DNA of 32,000 bases from Desulfobulbus propionicus DSM 2032 (GCF_000186885.1 NC_014972.1:60001-92000), one strand, 5' to 3'. Shown: positions 18,036-28,990, counted from the stretch's first letter. Notes: generated from the sequence alone by a model not told the origin. A program made the numbers and translations.

Positions 18036-19754
18036 ATGAAAAAAGTTGTGGGAATTATTTTGTGCCTGGCAGTCATCGGCGGTGCCGGGATCTATTGGTT
18101 CATGGAGCGACAGGCCGCGGGCAATCAGTATGCCCGCACCCTGCCCCAGGAGGTGGTGGGGACGGTCAACCTGACCAACCTCGCCGCCCTGACCGATGGC
18201 TTTGCCGCCACGGCCCTTGGCCGGTTTCTGGCCAAGGACACCGTGCATGCCATCATGAAGGAGATGGGGGCCGAGAGCAAGGAGCTCGCCGAGTACGACC
18301 GGCTGTACGACTCTATTGCCCAGGTGATGACCAATCCGGCGTTCCGCGCGGTGTTCGGCGACGACGCCACCGTGGCCCTGTTGCCGCCCGACGAGAAATT
18401 GCTGACCGAGCGACCGATCCCGGCACTGCGGCAGAGCTTGGTGGTCGTGGCCCGGACATCGGCGGCCGGAGCCCTGGATCTGTTCAGCCGGATGCTGGAC
18501 AGCGCCAGCGTCAGCCGGGAGACCGTGGACGGGCTGGAGCTGACCAGGGTCACCCTGGACCGGAACCAGGTGATTTACGGGATTACCGAAGGCAAGACCG
18601 TGTTTCTCGCCTACGCCCCGGCGACGATCAAGCGTTGCCTCGCGGACGCCAAGGAAGAACACACCCTGGACAAGGTCGCGGCCTTTCAAGAAGCGCTCGC
18701 TTTCTGGCAGGCCGCGCCCCAGAAAAACACCTATTCGCGGGTCTACCTCAGCGTCCCTCAGGTAGCCGGGCTGCTGGCCGGGTCCACCAATCCGGAGATG
18801 CGGCAGAGTGGCGAGATGCTTCGCGGCGTGACAACCATGTATTCCCTCACCTTTGGAACCGACCAGGGGCTGGAAAGCCGGGCCCGTTCCACCTTCCGCT
18901 ACGATCAGTTGCACGAGATGGTCAAGAGCGCGGTGGACGCGGCCGCCGGATCGAATCAGTCCCTGCATCTGCTCAAGGAGCACACCCTGGCCTACAACTG
19001 GGCCTCCTCGCTGCGGCCGGAAATGCTCCTCAATGCCCTGTCCGCCAACAAGGGCGAAGTCCAGGAGGTGGATCGAGCGGTCCGCCAGTACCTGGGCGTT
19101 TCCCTGGATGAACTGGGACGGGCCATTGGTCCGCAATATGGCGGGGTATTGGAGGACATTGTCCGCACCGCGCTGTTTCCGGTGCCGAAGATGACCTTGT
19201 TCGTCGGTATCCGTGACCGGTCGATCGCCGAAACCATGCTGGCCGCCCTGCGCCGGACCATTGCCGAAACCGGCATGACCACCGAGGAGCAGGAGCAGGT
19301 GGGCGGCCACACCATCCATAGCTGGCCGGTGCTGCCCGACCCGGCGGCCCAGCCGGCCATGGTCCTCACCGATTCCATGCTCTACCTGGCCACCAGCAAA
19401 CAGGCGATCAGGGAACTGCTCGAATCCAAGGCCGCGCCCGATGCCTTGGCTCAACCGGTGGCAGCATCGCTTGGCGGTGAGCTGGGGGAACGCGTGGCCA
19501 AGGCCAATTTCGGCAGCTTTGTCCTGTATCCGCAGCGGATGTCCCGTCAGACGGGGCAGGCGATGGACTGGCTGGCCGGCATTCTCGCCACCACCAAAAA
19601 CATCTCGATCTCCCGGCTCAATCGTGAGTTGGTGCAGCTGATGCGGTCGACGGACCTGATCGCCGCCACGTCGCATTTGACCAAGGAGCAGGCCGAGTGG
19701 ACCATGACCATCAGAAAGGCGCGGGGCGAGCAGGGCGGAAACGGCGGCAAATAA
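18036..19754 (+). CDS. hypothetical protein with N-terminal membrane anchor/signal
   Basis: 572 aa from ATG 18036: MKKVVGIILCLAVIGGAGIYWFMERQAAGNQYARTLPQEVVGTVNLTNLAAL...; coding supported by length and composition. Confidence 0.8.
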   Translation: MKKVVGIILCLAVIGGAGIYWFMERQAAGNQYARTLPQEVVGTVNLTNLAALTDGFAATALGRFLAKDTVHAIMKEMGAESKELAEYDRLYDSIAQVMTNPAFRAVFGDDATVALLPPDEKLLTERPIPALRQSLVVVARTSAAGALDLFSRMLDSASVSRETVDGLELTRVTLDRNQVIYGITEGKTVFLAYAPATIKRCLADAKEEHTLDKVAAFQEALAFWQAAPQKNTYSRVYLSVPQVAGLLAGSTNPEMRQSGEMLRGVTTMYSLTFGTDQGLESRARSTFRYDQLHEMVKSAVDAAAGSNQSLHLLKEHTLAYNWASSLRPEMLLNALSANKGEVQEVDRAVRQYLGVSLDELGRAIGPQYGGVLEDIVRTALFPVPKMTLFVGIRDRSIAETMLAALRRTIAETGMTTEEQEQVGGHTIHSWPVLPDPAAQPAMVLTDSMLYLATSKQAIRELLESKAAPDALAQPVAASLGGELGERVAKANFGSFVLYPQRMSRQTGQAMDWLAGILATTKNISISRLNRELVQLMRSTDLIAATSHLTKEQAEWTMTIRKARGEQGGNGGK

Positions 19755-19976
19755 TCCGATCGATCTGGAGTCCCAGGGTGGTGAACAAGGGGAAACAGCG
19801 GGAAAAAGCACTTGCCTAACCTGCTCCATTCAAGGTAAGGATGCTCCCTGAAAAACGGGTGGCACATGATGCGGACAGCAGGCGACGAACGCCGTCCGTA
19901 TCGGTCCGGTTGTCCGGGGTGCATTGTGAAACAGCATTTCGACCGGCCCCACGGGGCCACGAAAAGGAGGAATCAC

Positions 19977-21788
19977 GTGGCGTTTGACAAGGAAACACAA
20001 TTGTGGCTGTCCGGCAACGAGGCAATAGCCCTGGGCGCCTGGGAGGCGGGCGTGCGGGTGGCGTCCGGCTATCCGGGAACGCCGTCGACGGAAATCATGG
20101 GCAACCTGAGCCGCTACGAGGGCGTCTACACCGAGTGGGCCCCCAACGAGAAGGTGGGACTGGAAGTGGCCATCGGCGCCTCCTTTGCCGGAGCCCGGGC
20201 GCTCGCGACCATGAAGCATGTCGGCCTTAACGTGGCCGCCGATCCGTTGTTTACCGCCGCCTACACCGGCGTGCGCGGCGGCCTGGTGATCCTGAACGCC
20301 GACGATCCCCAGATGCACAGCTCCCAGAACGAGCAGGACAACCGCAACTACGCTTTTGCCGCCAAACTGCCCCTGCTCGAACCTTCCGATCCGGCCGAGG
20401 CCAAGGAGATGATGGGCCGCGCCTACCAGCTCAGCGAGCAGTTGGACACCCCGGTGATCATCCGCATCACCACCCGCATCGCCCACGTCAAGGGCGTGGT
20501 GACCAAGGGAACCCGTTGCGAGGTTCCGGAGCCGTCGATGGAGAAGTCGCCGGCCAAGATGGTCATGCTGCCCGGTAATGCCCGGGTGCGCCGCGTGGCG
20601 GTGGAAAAACGGATGCAGGCCGCGCGCGAACTGGCCGAGACCCTGCCCGAGAATCGGATCGAACCGGGCACCGGCAAGCGCGGTTTCATTACCTCCGGCG
20701 TGCCCTACAACTACGTCAAAGAGGCCTTCCCCAACGCGCCGGTGCTCAAGCTGGGCATGGTCTGGCCGCTGCCGGAGCGGATGATCCGCGATTTTGCCGC
20801 CACGGTGGACGAGCTGGTCGTGGTCGAGGAGCTCGATCCCTTTATCGAGACCCACCTCAAGGCCATGGGTATTGCCTGCCGGGGCAAGGAGCTGATCCCC
20901 AACCAGGGCGAGCTCAATTCGTTCATCGTCCGCAAGGCGCTCGCTCCTGAAAGCATCGGCGAGCTGTTTGCGCCGCTGGAACTGCCGATGCGGCCGCCGA
21001 ACATGTGCGCCGGTTGCCCGCACCGCGGTCTGTTTTACGGGCTGTCCAAAATGAAGGACGTGTTTGTCTCCGGCGATATTGGCTGCTACACCCTCGGATT
21101 TCTGCCGCCGCTGTCGGCCATGGACGCCTGCGTGTGCATGGGCGCCTCGATCACCATGGCCCACGGCATGGCCAAGGCGCTCGGCAAGCAGGGCGAGGGC
21201 AAGATCGTGGCCGTGCTCGGCGATTCCACTTTCATGCACTCGGGCATCACCGGCCTGCTGAACATGGTCTACAACGGTACCTACGCCTCGGTGATCATCC
21301 TTGACAACCGGACCACGGCCATGACCGGCCACCAGGACAACCCGGCCTCGGGCCGCAACATCCTCGGCGATGCGGCTCCGGCCCTGGATCTCGAGCAGCT
21401 CTGCCGGGCGATCGGCGTCAACAGGGTAACCGTGGTCAATCCGCACGATGTCGAGGCCACGCGCAAGACACTCAAGGAGGAAATCGAGGCGCCCGAGCCC
21501 TCGGTAATCATCAGCCGCGCCCCCTGCGTGCTCCTGCCGGAGGAGGTCAAGCGCAAGAAACCGGTGTATTTCACCAATCTCGCCAACTGCACCGGCTGTA
21601 CCCTGTGCGTGCAGATGGGCTGCCCGGCCATCAGCTGGACGCCGCTCACCCCGGAAGAGGCGGTGGCACGCGGCTATCGTGAAAAACAAAAAGGGTTTGC
21701 CCAGATTGCCGAGGTGCAGTGCAACGGCTGTGGCCAGTGTGCCTGCGTGTGCAAATTCGACGCGATCACCCGAAAGGAGGCAAAGTGA
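19977..21788 (+). CDS. iorA: indolepyruvate:ferredoxin oxidoreductase, alpha subunit
   Basis: GTG 19977 after AAAAGGAGG; LSGNEAIALGAWEAGVRVASGYPGTPSTEIMGNLS, GDIGCYTLGFLPPLSAMDACVCMGASI (TPP), C-terminal CTGCTLCVQMGCP and CNGCGQCACVCK. Confidence 0.95.
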   Translation: MAFDKETQLWLSGNEAIALGAWEAGVRVASGYPGTPSTEIMGNLSRYEGVYTEWAPNEKVGLEVAIGASFAGARALATMKHVGLNVAADPLFTAAYTGVRGGLVILNADDPQMHSSQNEQDNRNYAFAAKLPLLEPSDPAEAKEMMGRAYQLSEQLDTPVIIRITTRIAHVKGVVTKGTRCEVPEPSMEKSPAKMVMLPGNARVRRVAVEKRMQAARELAETLPENRIEPGTGKRGFITSGVPYNYVKEAFPNAPVLKLGMVWPLPERMIRDFAATVDELVVVEELDPFIETHLKAMGIACRGKELIPNQGELNSFIVRKALAPESIGELFAPLELPMRPPNMCAGCPHRGLFYGLSKMKDVFVSGDIGCYTLGFLPPLSAMDACVCMGASITMAHGMAKALGKQGEGKIVAVLGDSTFMHSGITGLLNMVYNGTYASVIILDNRTTAMTGHQDNPASGRNILGDAAPALDLEQLCRAIGVNRVTVVNPHDVEATRKTLKEEIEAPEPSVIISRAPCVLLPEEVKRKKPVYFTNLANCTGCTLCVQMGCPAISWTPLTPEEAVARGYREKQKGFAQIAEVQCNGCGQCACVCKFDAITRKEAK

Positions 21789-22372
21789 TGAAACAGAGCG
21801 GCAACATACTCTTTTCCGGTGTCGGCGGCCAGGGTATCCTCCTGGCCAGCGAGCTGACCGCCCATGCCCAATTGGCGGCCGGGTTCGACGTCAAGAAAAG
21901 CGAGGTGCACGGCATGGCCCAGCGCGGCGGCTCGGTCGAGGCCCATCTGCGCTACGGCGAGAAGGTCTACTCACCGCTGATCGAATTGGGCGCGGCCGAC
22001 ATCCTGGTGGCCTTCGAGATCCTGGAGGCGGTCCGCTATCTGCCCTACCTCCATCGGGACAGCGCGGTGGTGGTCAACACCCAGAAGATCCTGCCGCCGG
22101 CGGTGGCGCTCGGCAAGGCCAGCTACCCCGAGAACATCCTCGATGAGCTCAAATCCCGCCACATCAACGTCGTGGCCATCGACGCCTTTGCCGTGGCCGA
22201 GTCGGTGGGCGAGCTGCGGACCGCCAACGTGGCCATGGTCGGGGCAATGTCCAACTTCCTGGCGGTCGATCCCGAGGTCTTTCTTGCGGTGATCGACAAC
22301 ACGGTCAAGGCCCAGTTCCGCGAGGTCAACAAGCGGGCGTTCAGCGCCGGCCGGGCGGCTGTCTACGCCTGA
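21788..22372 (+). CDS. iorB: indolepyruvate:ferredoxin oxidoreductase, beta subunit
   Basis: [57 protein letters not shown]; start overlaps iorA stop (TGATG). Confidence 0.95.
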   Translation: MKQSGNILFSGVGGQGILLASELTAHAQLAAGFDVKKSEVHGMAQRGGSVEAHLRYGEKVYSPLIELGAADILVAFEILEAVRYLPYLHRDSAVVVNTQKILPPAVALGKASYPENILDELKSRHINVVAIDAFAVAESVGELRTANVAMVGAMSNFLAVDPEVFLAVIDNTVKAQFREVNKRAFSAGRAAVYA

Positions 22373-22398
22373 GGCGCACGAAGAGAGAGGACGAGCAC

Positions 22399-23697
22399 AT
22401 GATTTGGCAAGAGATAGAAACCCTGCCCCGCGCGGGGTTGGAGTCGATCCAGCTCAGGCGGTTGCAGGGGCTGGTGTACCGGATGTACGATCGCGTCTTG
22501 CCCTATCGGCGCAAGATGGACGAGGCCGGGGTCAAGCCCGGGGATATTCAGTCGCTTGCCGACCTGCGCAAGCTGCCCTTCACCACCAAGGACGATCTGC
22601 GCGACAATTATCCCTTCGGCCTCTTCGCCACCCCCATGGACGATGTCATCCGCGTGCACGCCTCGTCGGGCACCACCGGCAAGTCGACCGTGGTCGGCTA
22701 TACTCAGGTGGACATCGAGCTCTGGGCCTCGGTCATGGCCCGCTGCCTGACCATGGCCGGGGTGACCAAGGGCGACATGGTGCACAACGCCTACGGCTAC
22801 GGCCTGTTCACCGGCGGTCTGGGCGCCCATTACGGCATCGAGGCGCTGGGAGCCACCGTTATTCCGGTGTCCGGCGGCAACTCGAAACGGCAGGTGACCA
22901 TCATGCGTGACTTCGGTTCCACCGTGCTGCTCTCCACTCCGTCCTACGCGCTCAATTTGGCCGATGCCATGGTCGATGCCGGCATCTCGCCCGACGACCT
23001 CAAACTGCGGGTCGGCATTCATGGCGCCGAGCCCTGGAGCCGGAACATGCGCGAGGAGGTCGAGCGCAAGCTGGGCATCAAGGCCTTGGACATCTATGGC
23101 CTGTCCGAGATCATCGGCCCAGGGGTGTCCATGGAGTGTCTCCACTCCGAGCACGGCATGCATATCCTGGAGGACAACTTCCTGCCCGAGGTGATTGATC
23201 CCGACACGTTGGAACCGCTGCCCTACGGCGAAACCGGCGAATTGGTGTTTACCACCCTGACCAAGGAGGCCTTTCCCCTGATCCGCTACCGCACCAAGGA
23301 CATCTCCCGCCTGTTCCTTGAACCCTGCGCATGCGGCCGCACCCTGATCCGCATGGAAAAGGTCACCGGCCGCACCGACGACATGCTGATCATCCGCGGG
23401 GTCAACGTCTTCCCCTCGCAGGTCGAGCACGTCCTAGTCGGCATCAAGGGGGTCGAACCGCACTACCAGATTGAAGTCACCCGCGACGGCAACCTAGACG
23501 TGATGTCGGTGCTGGTCGAGGTGAGCGAGCATATTTTCTCTGATGAAATCAAGGTGCTGGAGAATCTGACCAAGAAGATCCAGACGGAGATCAAGGACAT
23601 GCTTGGGGTGACCTGCAAGGTCAAACTGGTGGAGCCCCGCTCGATCCAGCGCTCCGAGGGCAAGGCACAGCGGGTCATTGATCGGCGCACAATCTAA
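22399..23697 (+). CDS. paaK: phenylacetate-CoA ligase family protein (copy 1)
   Basis: 432 aa; [98 protein letters not shown]. Confidence 0.94.
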   Translation: MIWQEIETLPRAGLESIQLRRLQGLVYRMYDRVLPYRRKMDEAGVKPGDIQSLADLRKLPFTTKDDLRDNYPFGLFATPMDDVIRVHASSGTTGKSTVVGYTQVDIELWASVMARCLTMAGVTKGDMVHNAYGYGLFTGGLGAHYGIEALGATVIPVSGGNSKRQVTIMRDFGSTVLLSTPSYALNLADAMVDAGISPDDLKLRVGIHGAEPWSRNMREEVERKLGIKALDIYGLSEIIGPGVSMECLHSEHGMHILEDNFLPEVIDPDTLEPLPYGETGELVFTTLTKEAFPLIRYRTKDISRLFLEPCACGRTLIRMEKVTGRTDDMLIIRGVNVFPSQVEHVLVGIKGVEPHYQIEVTRDGNLDVMSVLVEVSEHIFSDEIKVLENLTKKIQTEIKDMLGVTCKVKLVEPRSIQRSEGKAQRVIDRRTI

Positions 23698-23716
23698 TTC
23701 CTATCAGGAGGGTCGT

Positions 23717-24148
23717 ATGCGTGTAGAGCAGATTGCGGTTTTTCTCGAGAACAAATCCGGGCGTCTGGCGGAGATCACCCGCATCCTGGCGGACAACGAC
23801 ATCAATATCCGCGCGTTGAGCGTGGCCGATACCGCTGATTTCGGTATCCTCCGCCTGATCGTCGACAAGGTCGATCTAGCCAAGGACGTCTTGCGCGCCG
23901 GCGGCTTTACCGTCGGCAAGACCAATGTGGTCGCGGTCGAGGTGCCGGACCGTTCCGGCGGCTTGGCCAGTGTGCTCAAGGTGGTCAACGAGGTCGGCCT
24001 GAATGTCGAGTACATGTATGCTTTTGTCAACAAGAGCGGCGCCAACGCGGTGCTGATTTTTCGCTTCGACGATATGGACAAGGCCATCGAGGTGTTGCAG
24101 GCCAATGGGTTTACCTTGCTGACCGGAGCGCAGATCTGCGCCCTGTAG
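23717..24148 (+). CDS. tandem ACT-domain protein
   Basis: [38 protein letters not shown]... second repeat [33 protein letters not shown]. Confidence 0.92.
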   Translation: MRVEQIAVFLENKSGRLAEITRILADNDINIRALSVADTADFGILRLIVDKVDLAKDVLRAGGFTVGKTNVVAVEVPDRSGGLASVLKVVNEVGLNVEYMYAFVNKSGANAVLIFRFDDMDKAIEVLQANGFTLLTGAQICAL

Positions 24149-24158
24149 GAGGTGCCGG

Positions 24159-24195
24159 GACGCTGCCCCGCCGTTTTCGTCGGCGGGGCAGCGTC
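24159..24195. other. strong stem-loop without obvious T tract
   Basis: Perfect 15-bp inverted repeat GACGCTGCCCCGCCG-TTTTCGT-CGGCGGGGCAGCGTC between the ACT gene and the substrate-binding protein gene. Confidence 0.75.
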
Positions 24196-24237
24196 GTGTA
24201 TGCGTGCGGTCCATTTGGAGGATAAAAGGGGGAAACA

Positions 24238-25398
24238 ATGAACAGCAGTATGAAACGATTGGCGCTAGGCTGCGTTGTCTGCGGATGCATGGTGGCGGCC
24301 ACGCTCTCGGGAGCGAGTGCGGGCACCATCAAGGTGGGGGCGATATTTGCGGTGAGCGGGCCGGCGTCCTTTCTCGGCGGGCCCGAGGCCCGCAGCGCCC
24401 AAATGGTGGTGGAGAAGATCAACCAGGGCGGCGGCATCAACGGCGACACCATCGAGCTGATTGTCAAGGATTCGGCGGGCAGCTCGGAAAAGGCGGTGTC
24501 CTTTGCCAAGCAGCTGATCGAGGAGGAAAAGGTGGTGGCCATCATCGGCCCCTCGACCTCCGGTGAGTCCATGGCGGTGAAGAAAGTGGCCGAGGACGGC
24601 CAGACCACCCTGATTTCCTGCGCCGCCGCCGAGGTGATCGTCGATCCGGTGGCCCGCTATGTGTTCAAGACGCCGCAGAAGGACAGTTTTGCCGCTCAGA
24701 TGATCTTCGAGGAGATGCGCCGGCAGAAGATCAGCACCATCGCCATCGCCGCCGGCAACGACGGTTTCGGCAAGGCCGGCAAGGAACAGCTGGAGAAAAT
24801 GGCGCCCCGATTTGACATCAAGGTGGCCGCCTCCGAGACCTACGACAGCAAGGCCACCAATCTCGGCGCCTTGGTGGCCAAGCTGAAGGCCGATACGTCC
24901 ATCCAGGCGGTGGTCAACTGGTCGGTGGTCCCGGCCCAGGCGATCATTGCCACGAACATGCGCCAGGCCAAATGGACGGTGCCGCTGTTTCAGAGCCATG
25001 GATTTGGCAACATCAAGTATGCCGAGGCCGCCGGGCCTGCCGCCGAAGGGATCATCTTTCCCTGCGGCCGCTTGCTGGTGGTCGACGCCCTGGCCGACGA
25101 TCATCCGCAGAAGGCTCTGCTCAGCGAGTACAAGCGCGACTATGAGGCCAAGTACAAGGAGGATGCCTCGGCCTTCGGCGGATACGCCTTTGATGCCATG
25201 AACATGGTGGCCGCGGCGGTCAGGCAGGCCGGCAACGACCGGGCCAAGGTGCGCGACGCGGTTGAGGGGTTGAAGAATTTTGCCGGGGTTGGCGGCATGT
25301 TCTCCTTCACCCCCCAGGATCATAACGGGCTCACCATCGATTCGTTTGCCCTGCTCACGGTCAAGGACGGCAAATTCATCCTCTACCAGGGACAATAA
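24238..25398 (+). CDS. livK: branched-chain amino acid-type ABC transporter substrate-binding protein
   Basis: Signal peptide, IKVGAIFAVSGPASFLGGPEARSAQMVVEKINQGGGINGDTIELIVKDSAGSSEKAVSFAKQLI (Leu/Ile/Val-binding periplasmic fold). Confidence 0.9.
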   Translation: MNSSMKRLALGCVVCGCMVAATLSGASAGTIKVGAIFAVSGPASFLGGPEARSAQMVVEKINQGGGINGDTIELIVKDSAGSSEKAVSFAKQLIEEEKVVAIIGPSTSGESMAVKKVAEDGQTTLISCAAAEVIVDPVARYVFKTPQKDSFAAQMIFEEMRRQKISTIAIAAGNDGFGKAGKEQLEKMAPRFDIKVAASETYDSKATNLGALVAKLKADTSIQAVVNWSVVPAQAIIATNMRQAKWTVPLFQSHGFGNIKYAEAAGPAAEGIIFPCGRLLVVDALADDHPQKALLSEYKRDYEAKYKEDASAFGGYAFDAMNMVAAAVRQAGNDRAKVRDAVEGLKNFAGVGGMFSFTPQDHNGLTIDSFALLTVKDGKFILYQGQ

Positions 25399-25437
25399 CC
25401 TCTGCGCCGGCGGGGATCGCGCGATCCCCGCCGCACA

Positions 25438-26340
25438 GTGACAGAACGCATGAGTCCGGATCTCTTCTTCCAATACCTCTTTGCCGGCATCACCTACGGT
25501 AGTATCTACGCCATTGTCGCCATTGGCTTCAACATCATCTACAATACCACCGGCATCATCAACTTTGCCCAAGGCGAGTTCGTGATGCTCGGCGGCATGA
25601 TCTCGATTTCCCTGCTGCCGTTCATGCCCCTAGGCTATGCCATTGCCGCGGCGGTGGTGATCACCATGCTGATCGGCGCCGTCATCGAGATGCTGTTCAT
25701 CCGCTGGCTGGAAAGCCCTTCGGTGCTCAGGATGATCATCATCACCATCGGCATCTCCATCCTGCTGCGGGAGTCGGCCCTCCATATCTGGGGTGAGTCG
25801 ATTCGCAGCCTGCCCTATTTTTACGGCAACGAGGTGACCACCTTTTCCCTGGGCAGCGTCCATGTCTCGCCGCAGGTGGTGTGGGTGATTGTTGCGTGTT
25901 CGGTGATGATGGGGGGGCTGAGCCTTTTTTTCAAGAGCACGCCGGTTGGCCGGGAGATGCGCGCCTGCTCCGCCAACCGGACCGCGGCCCTGCTGTGCGG
26001 GATCAACACCCGCAACATGGTCACCCTGAGCTTCATGCTCAGTGCCGGCATAGGGGCGCTGGCGGGCTGCGTGATGTCGCCGATCACCTACACCCAGTAC
26101 GATTCCGGGACCTCGCTGGCGATCAAGGGGTTCACCGTCGCTATCCTCGGCGGGTTGGGCAATTCCATGGCCGCGGTGGCCGCCGGCATTCTTTTGGGCA
26201 TCATCGAGGCCTTTTCCGTTTCCGTGGTGCCGTTGGCCTTTCAAGACGCCATTTCGATCACCATCCTGCTCATCATCCTTTTTGTCAAACCCCATGGGCT
26301 GTTTGGTTCCAGCGAGACGGCGCGGTTGAAGGATTTCTGA
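25438..26340 (+). CDS. livH: branched-chain amino acid-type ABC transporter permease
   Basis: LFAGITYGSIYAIVAIGFNIIYNTTGIINFAQGEFVMLGGM... typical LivH. Confidence 0.94.
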   Translation: MTERMSPDLFFQYLFAGITYGSIYAIVAIGFNIIYNTTGIINFAQGEFVMLGGMISISLLPFMPLGYAIAAAVVITMLIGAVIEMLFIRWLESPSVLRMIIITIGISILLRESALHIWGESIRSLPYFYGNEVTTFSLGSVHVSPQVVWVIVACSVMMGGLSLFFKSTPVGREMRACSANRTAALLCGINTRNMVTLSFMLSAGIGALAGCVMSPITYTQYDSGTSLAIKGFTVAILGGLGNSMAAVAAGILLGIIEAFSVSVVPLAFQDAISITILLIILFVKPHGLFGSSETARLKDF

Positions 26341-27422
26341 TGAAGACGCGCAAAAATTGGTCGCTGGCCGGACTCTGCCTGTTGGTGGCGATCCTCCATC
26401 TGTGCACGGTGCTGACCGGCACCGAATACTACCTGACCCAGCTGACCATGGCCGCCTATTACGGCCTGGTGATCATCGGCCTCGGGGTGCTCATGGGCTA
26501 TGCCGGGCAGATCTCCATCGGTCATGCCGGCTTTTTCGCCATCGGCGGGTATCTCGCCGCCGCCCTGACCACTCGCGATCTGGGGCCGCTGCAGGAAGCG
26601 TGGGCGGTGCGCTGGCTGGACAGCGTCGGCCTGCTGGCCCGCGGCCAGGACCTCTACGGGGCGCAGTTGCTGACCGTGACTCCCTGGGCGGCCTGCTGCT
26701 GTGCCGTTCTGGTCGCCGCCTTGATTGCCCTGGTGATCGGTATCCCGGTGCTCAAGCTCAAGGGCCATTACCTGGCCATGGCCACCCTGGGGTTTGGGAC
26801 CATCATCTACCGCATTCTCCTGGCGGCCCCCTATTTCGGGGAGGCCGACGGTATCTCCGAGGTGCCCGGTTTCACTCTTGTTCCAGCCATGGCCAATTGG
26901 GACGGGCTGGTGATCAGTGGCGATCCCGCACACCGGATCCTCAACTTCTATCTCGCCTGGGGCGTGCTCATTGTCGGCATGGGCCTGCTGCTCAACCTGA
27001 TCGGCTCCCGGGTCGGCCGGGCCTTGCGCTCGCTGCACAGTTCCGAGGAGGCGGCCGAGGCCTCAGGGATCGACACCGCCCGCTCCAAGTTGCAGGTTTT
27101 TGTGCTCAGCGCCGTTTATGCCGCCGTTGCCGGGGTGCTGCTGACCCATTTCAATGGCGGTATCGGTCCGAGCGAGGCCTCGGTGATGAAATCGGTGCGC
27201 TACGTGGCCCTGGTGGCGGTGGGCGGCATGACCAATCTGTGGGGAACCCTGCTCATGGGAGTGGGCCTGACCTTCCTTTCCCTGCGCGGCGTGTTCGGTG
27301 CCTATGACGACGCGGTCTTCGGCCTGATCCTCATCATGGTCATGCTCCTTGCCCCGGAAGGCATCCTCAGCCTGCGTCTCAAACAGGTGGTGCGGCAGTT
27401 CGTGCGGGGGGCGGGCGCATGA
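26340..27422 (+). CDS. livM: branched-chain amino acid-type ABC transporter permease
   Basis: MAAYYGLVIIGLGVLMGYAGQISIGHAGFFAIGGYLAAAL..., LKLKGHYLAMATLGFGTI; overlaps livH stop by 1 nt. Confidence 0.94.
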   Translation: MKTRKNWSLAGLCLLVAILHLCTVLTGTEYYLTQLTMAAYYGLVIIGLGVLMGYAGQISIGHAGFFAIGGYLAAALTTRDLGPLQEAWAVRWLDSVGLLARGQDLYGAQLLTVTPWAACCCAVLVAALIALVIGIPVLKLKGHYLAMATLGFGTIIYRILLAAPYFGEADGISEVPGFTLVPAMANWDGLVISGDPAHRILNFYLAWGVLIVGMGLLLNLIGSRVGRALRSLHSSEEAAEASGIDTARSKLQVFVLSAVYAAVAGVLLTHFNGGIGPSEASVMKSVRYVALVAVGGMTNLWGTLLMGVGLTFLSLRGVFGAYDDAVFGLILIMVMLLAPEGILSLRLKQVVRQFVRGAGA

Positions 27423-28222
27423 GCGGAGAACGCGGCGTCAATACCGCCGGGCGCGAACCCATCCTCTCCCTGCACGGCGTGCACAAGCGGTTTGGCGGCC
27501 TGCACGCGGTCAACGATGTCAGTTTCATGGTCGATGCCGGCAGCATCAAGGCGGTGATCGGCCCCAACGGCGCGGGCAAGACCACCCTGTTCAATCTGAT
27601 CGCTGGTAACCTGCCGGTCAGTGCCGGCACCATCAGCTTCCGGGGCCAGGAAATCCAGGGGAGAAAGACACACCAGATCGCTCGGTTGGGCATGGCTCGC
27701 ACCTTCCAGAATATCAAGCTCTTTCATGGCATGACCGCCCTGGAGTGCGTCATGGTCGGGCGGCATGTGCAAAGTCGGAGCGGTTTTTTCGCCGGCATGT
27801 TCTCCCTGCCCTTGACCTGGAAGGAGGAACGGCTCATCCGCGCGCGGTCCATGGAACTGCTGGAGCTGATGCAGATCGCCGACCTGGCCGACACCGAGGC
27901 GACCAGCCTGGCATTTGGTCAGCAACGGGCGGTGGAGATGGCCCGGGCCCTGGCGAGCGAACCCAAGCTGCTGTTGCTTGACGAGCCGGCGGCCGGGCTC
28001 AATATCTACGAGACCGCCGAGGTCGCCCGCCTGATCTCCGCCATCCGGGACATGGGAATCACCGTGCTGCTGGTCGAACACGACATGTCGCTGGTGATGG
28101 ACATTTCCGACGAGATCGTGGTCCTCAGCTTTGGCGCCAAACTGGCCGAGGATACGCCGCCCAACATCCAACAGAATGCCGAAGTCATCAAAATTTACCT
28201 GGGAGAGGACGATGCAGCCTAA
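27419..28222 (+). CDS. livG: branched-chain amino acid-type ABC transporter ATP-binding protein
   Basis: Walker [42 protein letters not shown]; ATGA overlap with livM. Confidence 0.95.
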   Translation: MSGERGVNTAGREPILSLHGVHKRFGGLHAVNDVSFMVDAGSIKAVIGPNGAGKTTLFNLIAGNLPVSAGTISFRGQEIQGRKTHQIARLGMARTFQNIKLFHGMTALECVMVGRHVQSRSGFFAGMFSLPLTWKEERLIRARSMELLELMQIADLADTEATSLAFGQQRAVEMARALASEPKLLLLDEPAAGLNIYETAEVARLISAIRDMGITVLLVEHDMSLVMDISDEIVVLSFGAKLAEDTPPNIQQNAEVIKIYLGEDDAA

Positions 28223-28264
28223 ACGGGTTCCGCCCCCATCCCTTTCGCAAACCATCCATTTTGC

Positions 28265-28990
28265 ATGCTGAAGATTCGCAACCTTGATGCCGGGTACGGC
28301 AAACTCCGGGTGTTGAAAAATATCTCCCTCCATGTCAAGCCAGGGGAGATCGTCACCATGATCGGCGCCAACGGGGCGGGCAAGACCACCCTGCTGCACA
28401 CCGTCATCGGGCTGATCAAACCGATGCAGGGCGAGATCACCTTCCTTGGGCGATCCTGCGACCGGGCCACGGTCGGTGCGATCGTCGCGTCCGGCTGCGC
28501 CCTGGTGCCCGAGGGGCGACAGGTCTTTGCACCGATGACCGTGGAGGAGAATCTGCTGCTTGGCGGGTATGTGCTGCAAAAGGAGCAGGGTCGGGCTGCG
28601 GTGCTGAGGCAACTGGCACACCAATACGAATTGTTCCCCATTTTGCGGGAGCGGCGGCGGCAGCTGGCCGGAACCCTTTCCGGTGGCGAGCAGCAGATGC
28701 TGGCCATGGGGCGAGCCCTGATGTCCACGCCACGGCTGGTGATGATGGACGAACCCTCCACCGGTCTGGCGCCGTTGATCGTGCGCGATATCTTCGCCAT
28801 CATCCGCCGGCTGCGCGAGGAGGGCAATACGGTGCTGCTCATCGAACAGAATGCCAAGGCCGCCCTGGGCATTGCCGACCGCGGCTATGTGCTGGAGGTG
28901 GGCAAGGTGATTGTGCAGGGCTCGGCCGCAGACCTGCTGGCCAACGCGGATGTACAGCGCGCCTATCTGGGCCGGGAAAAAATCGCCTGA
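28265..28990 (+). CDS. livF: branched-chain amino acid-type ABC transporter ATP-binding protein
   Basis: [65 protein letters not shown]. Confidence 0.95.
   Translation: MLKIRNLDAGYGKLRVLKNISLHVKPGEIVTMIGANGAGKTTLLHTVIGLIKPMQGEITFLGRSCDRATVGAIVASGCALVPEGRQVFAPMTVEENLLLGGYVLQKEQGRAAVLRQLAHQYELFPILRERRRQLAGTLSGGEQQMLAMGRALMSTPRLVMMDEPSTGLAPLIVRDIFAIIRRLREEGNTVLLIEQNAKAALGIADRGYVLEVGKVIVQGSAADLLANADVQRAYLGREKIA

Noticed and set aside
19868-19885. TGGCAC element upstream of iorA as a sigma-54 promoter
   Set aside because: A TGGCAC occurs but the required TTGC at the correct -12 spacing is absent.
17970-21689. Two 619-aa minus-strand ORFs (17970-19829, 19830-21689)
   Set aside because: Antisense to the anchored hypothetical and iorA; composition (Gly/His/Arg/Gln-rich) is typical of reverse-frame artefacts.
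24265-25572. 435-aa minus-strand ORF
   Set aside because: Antisense to the clear LivK-type gene.
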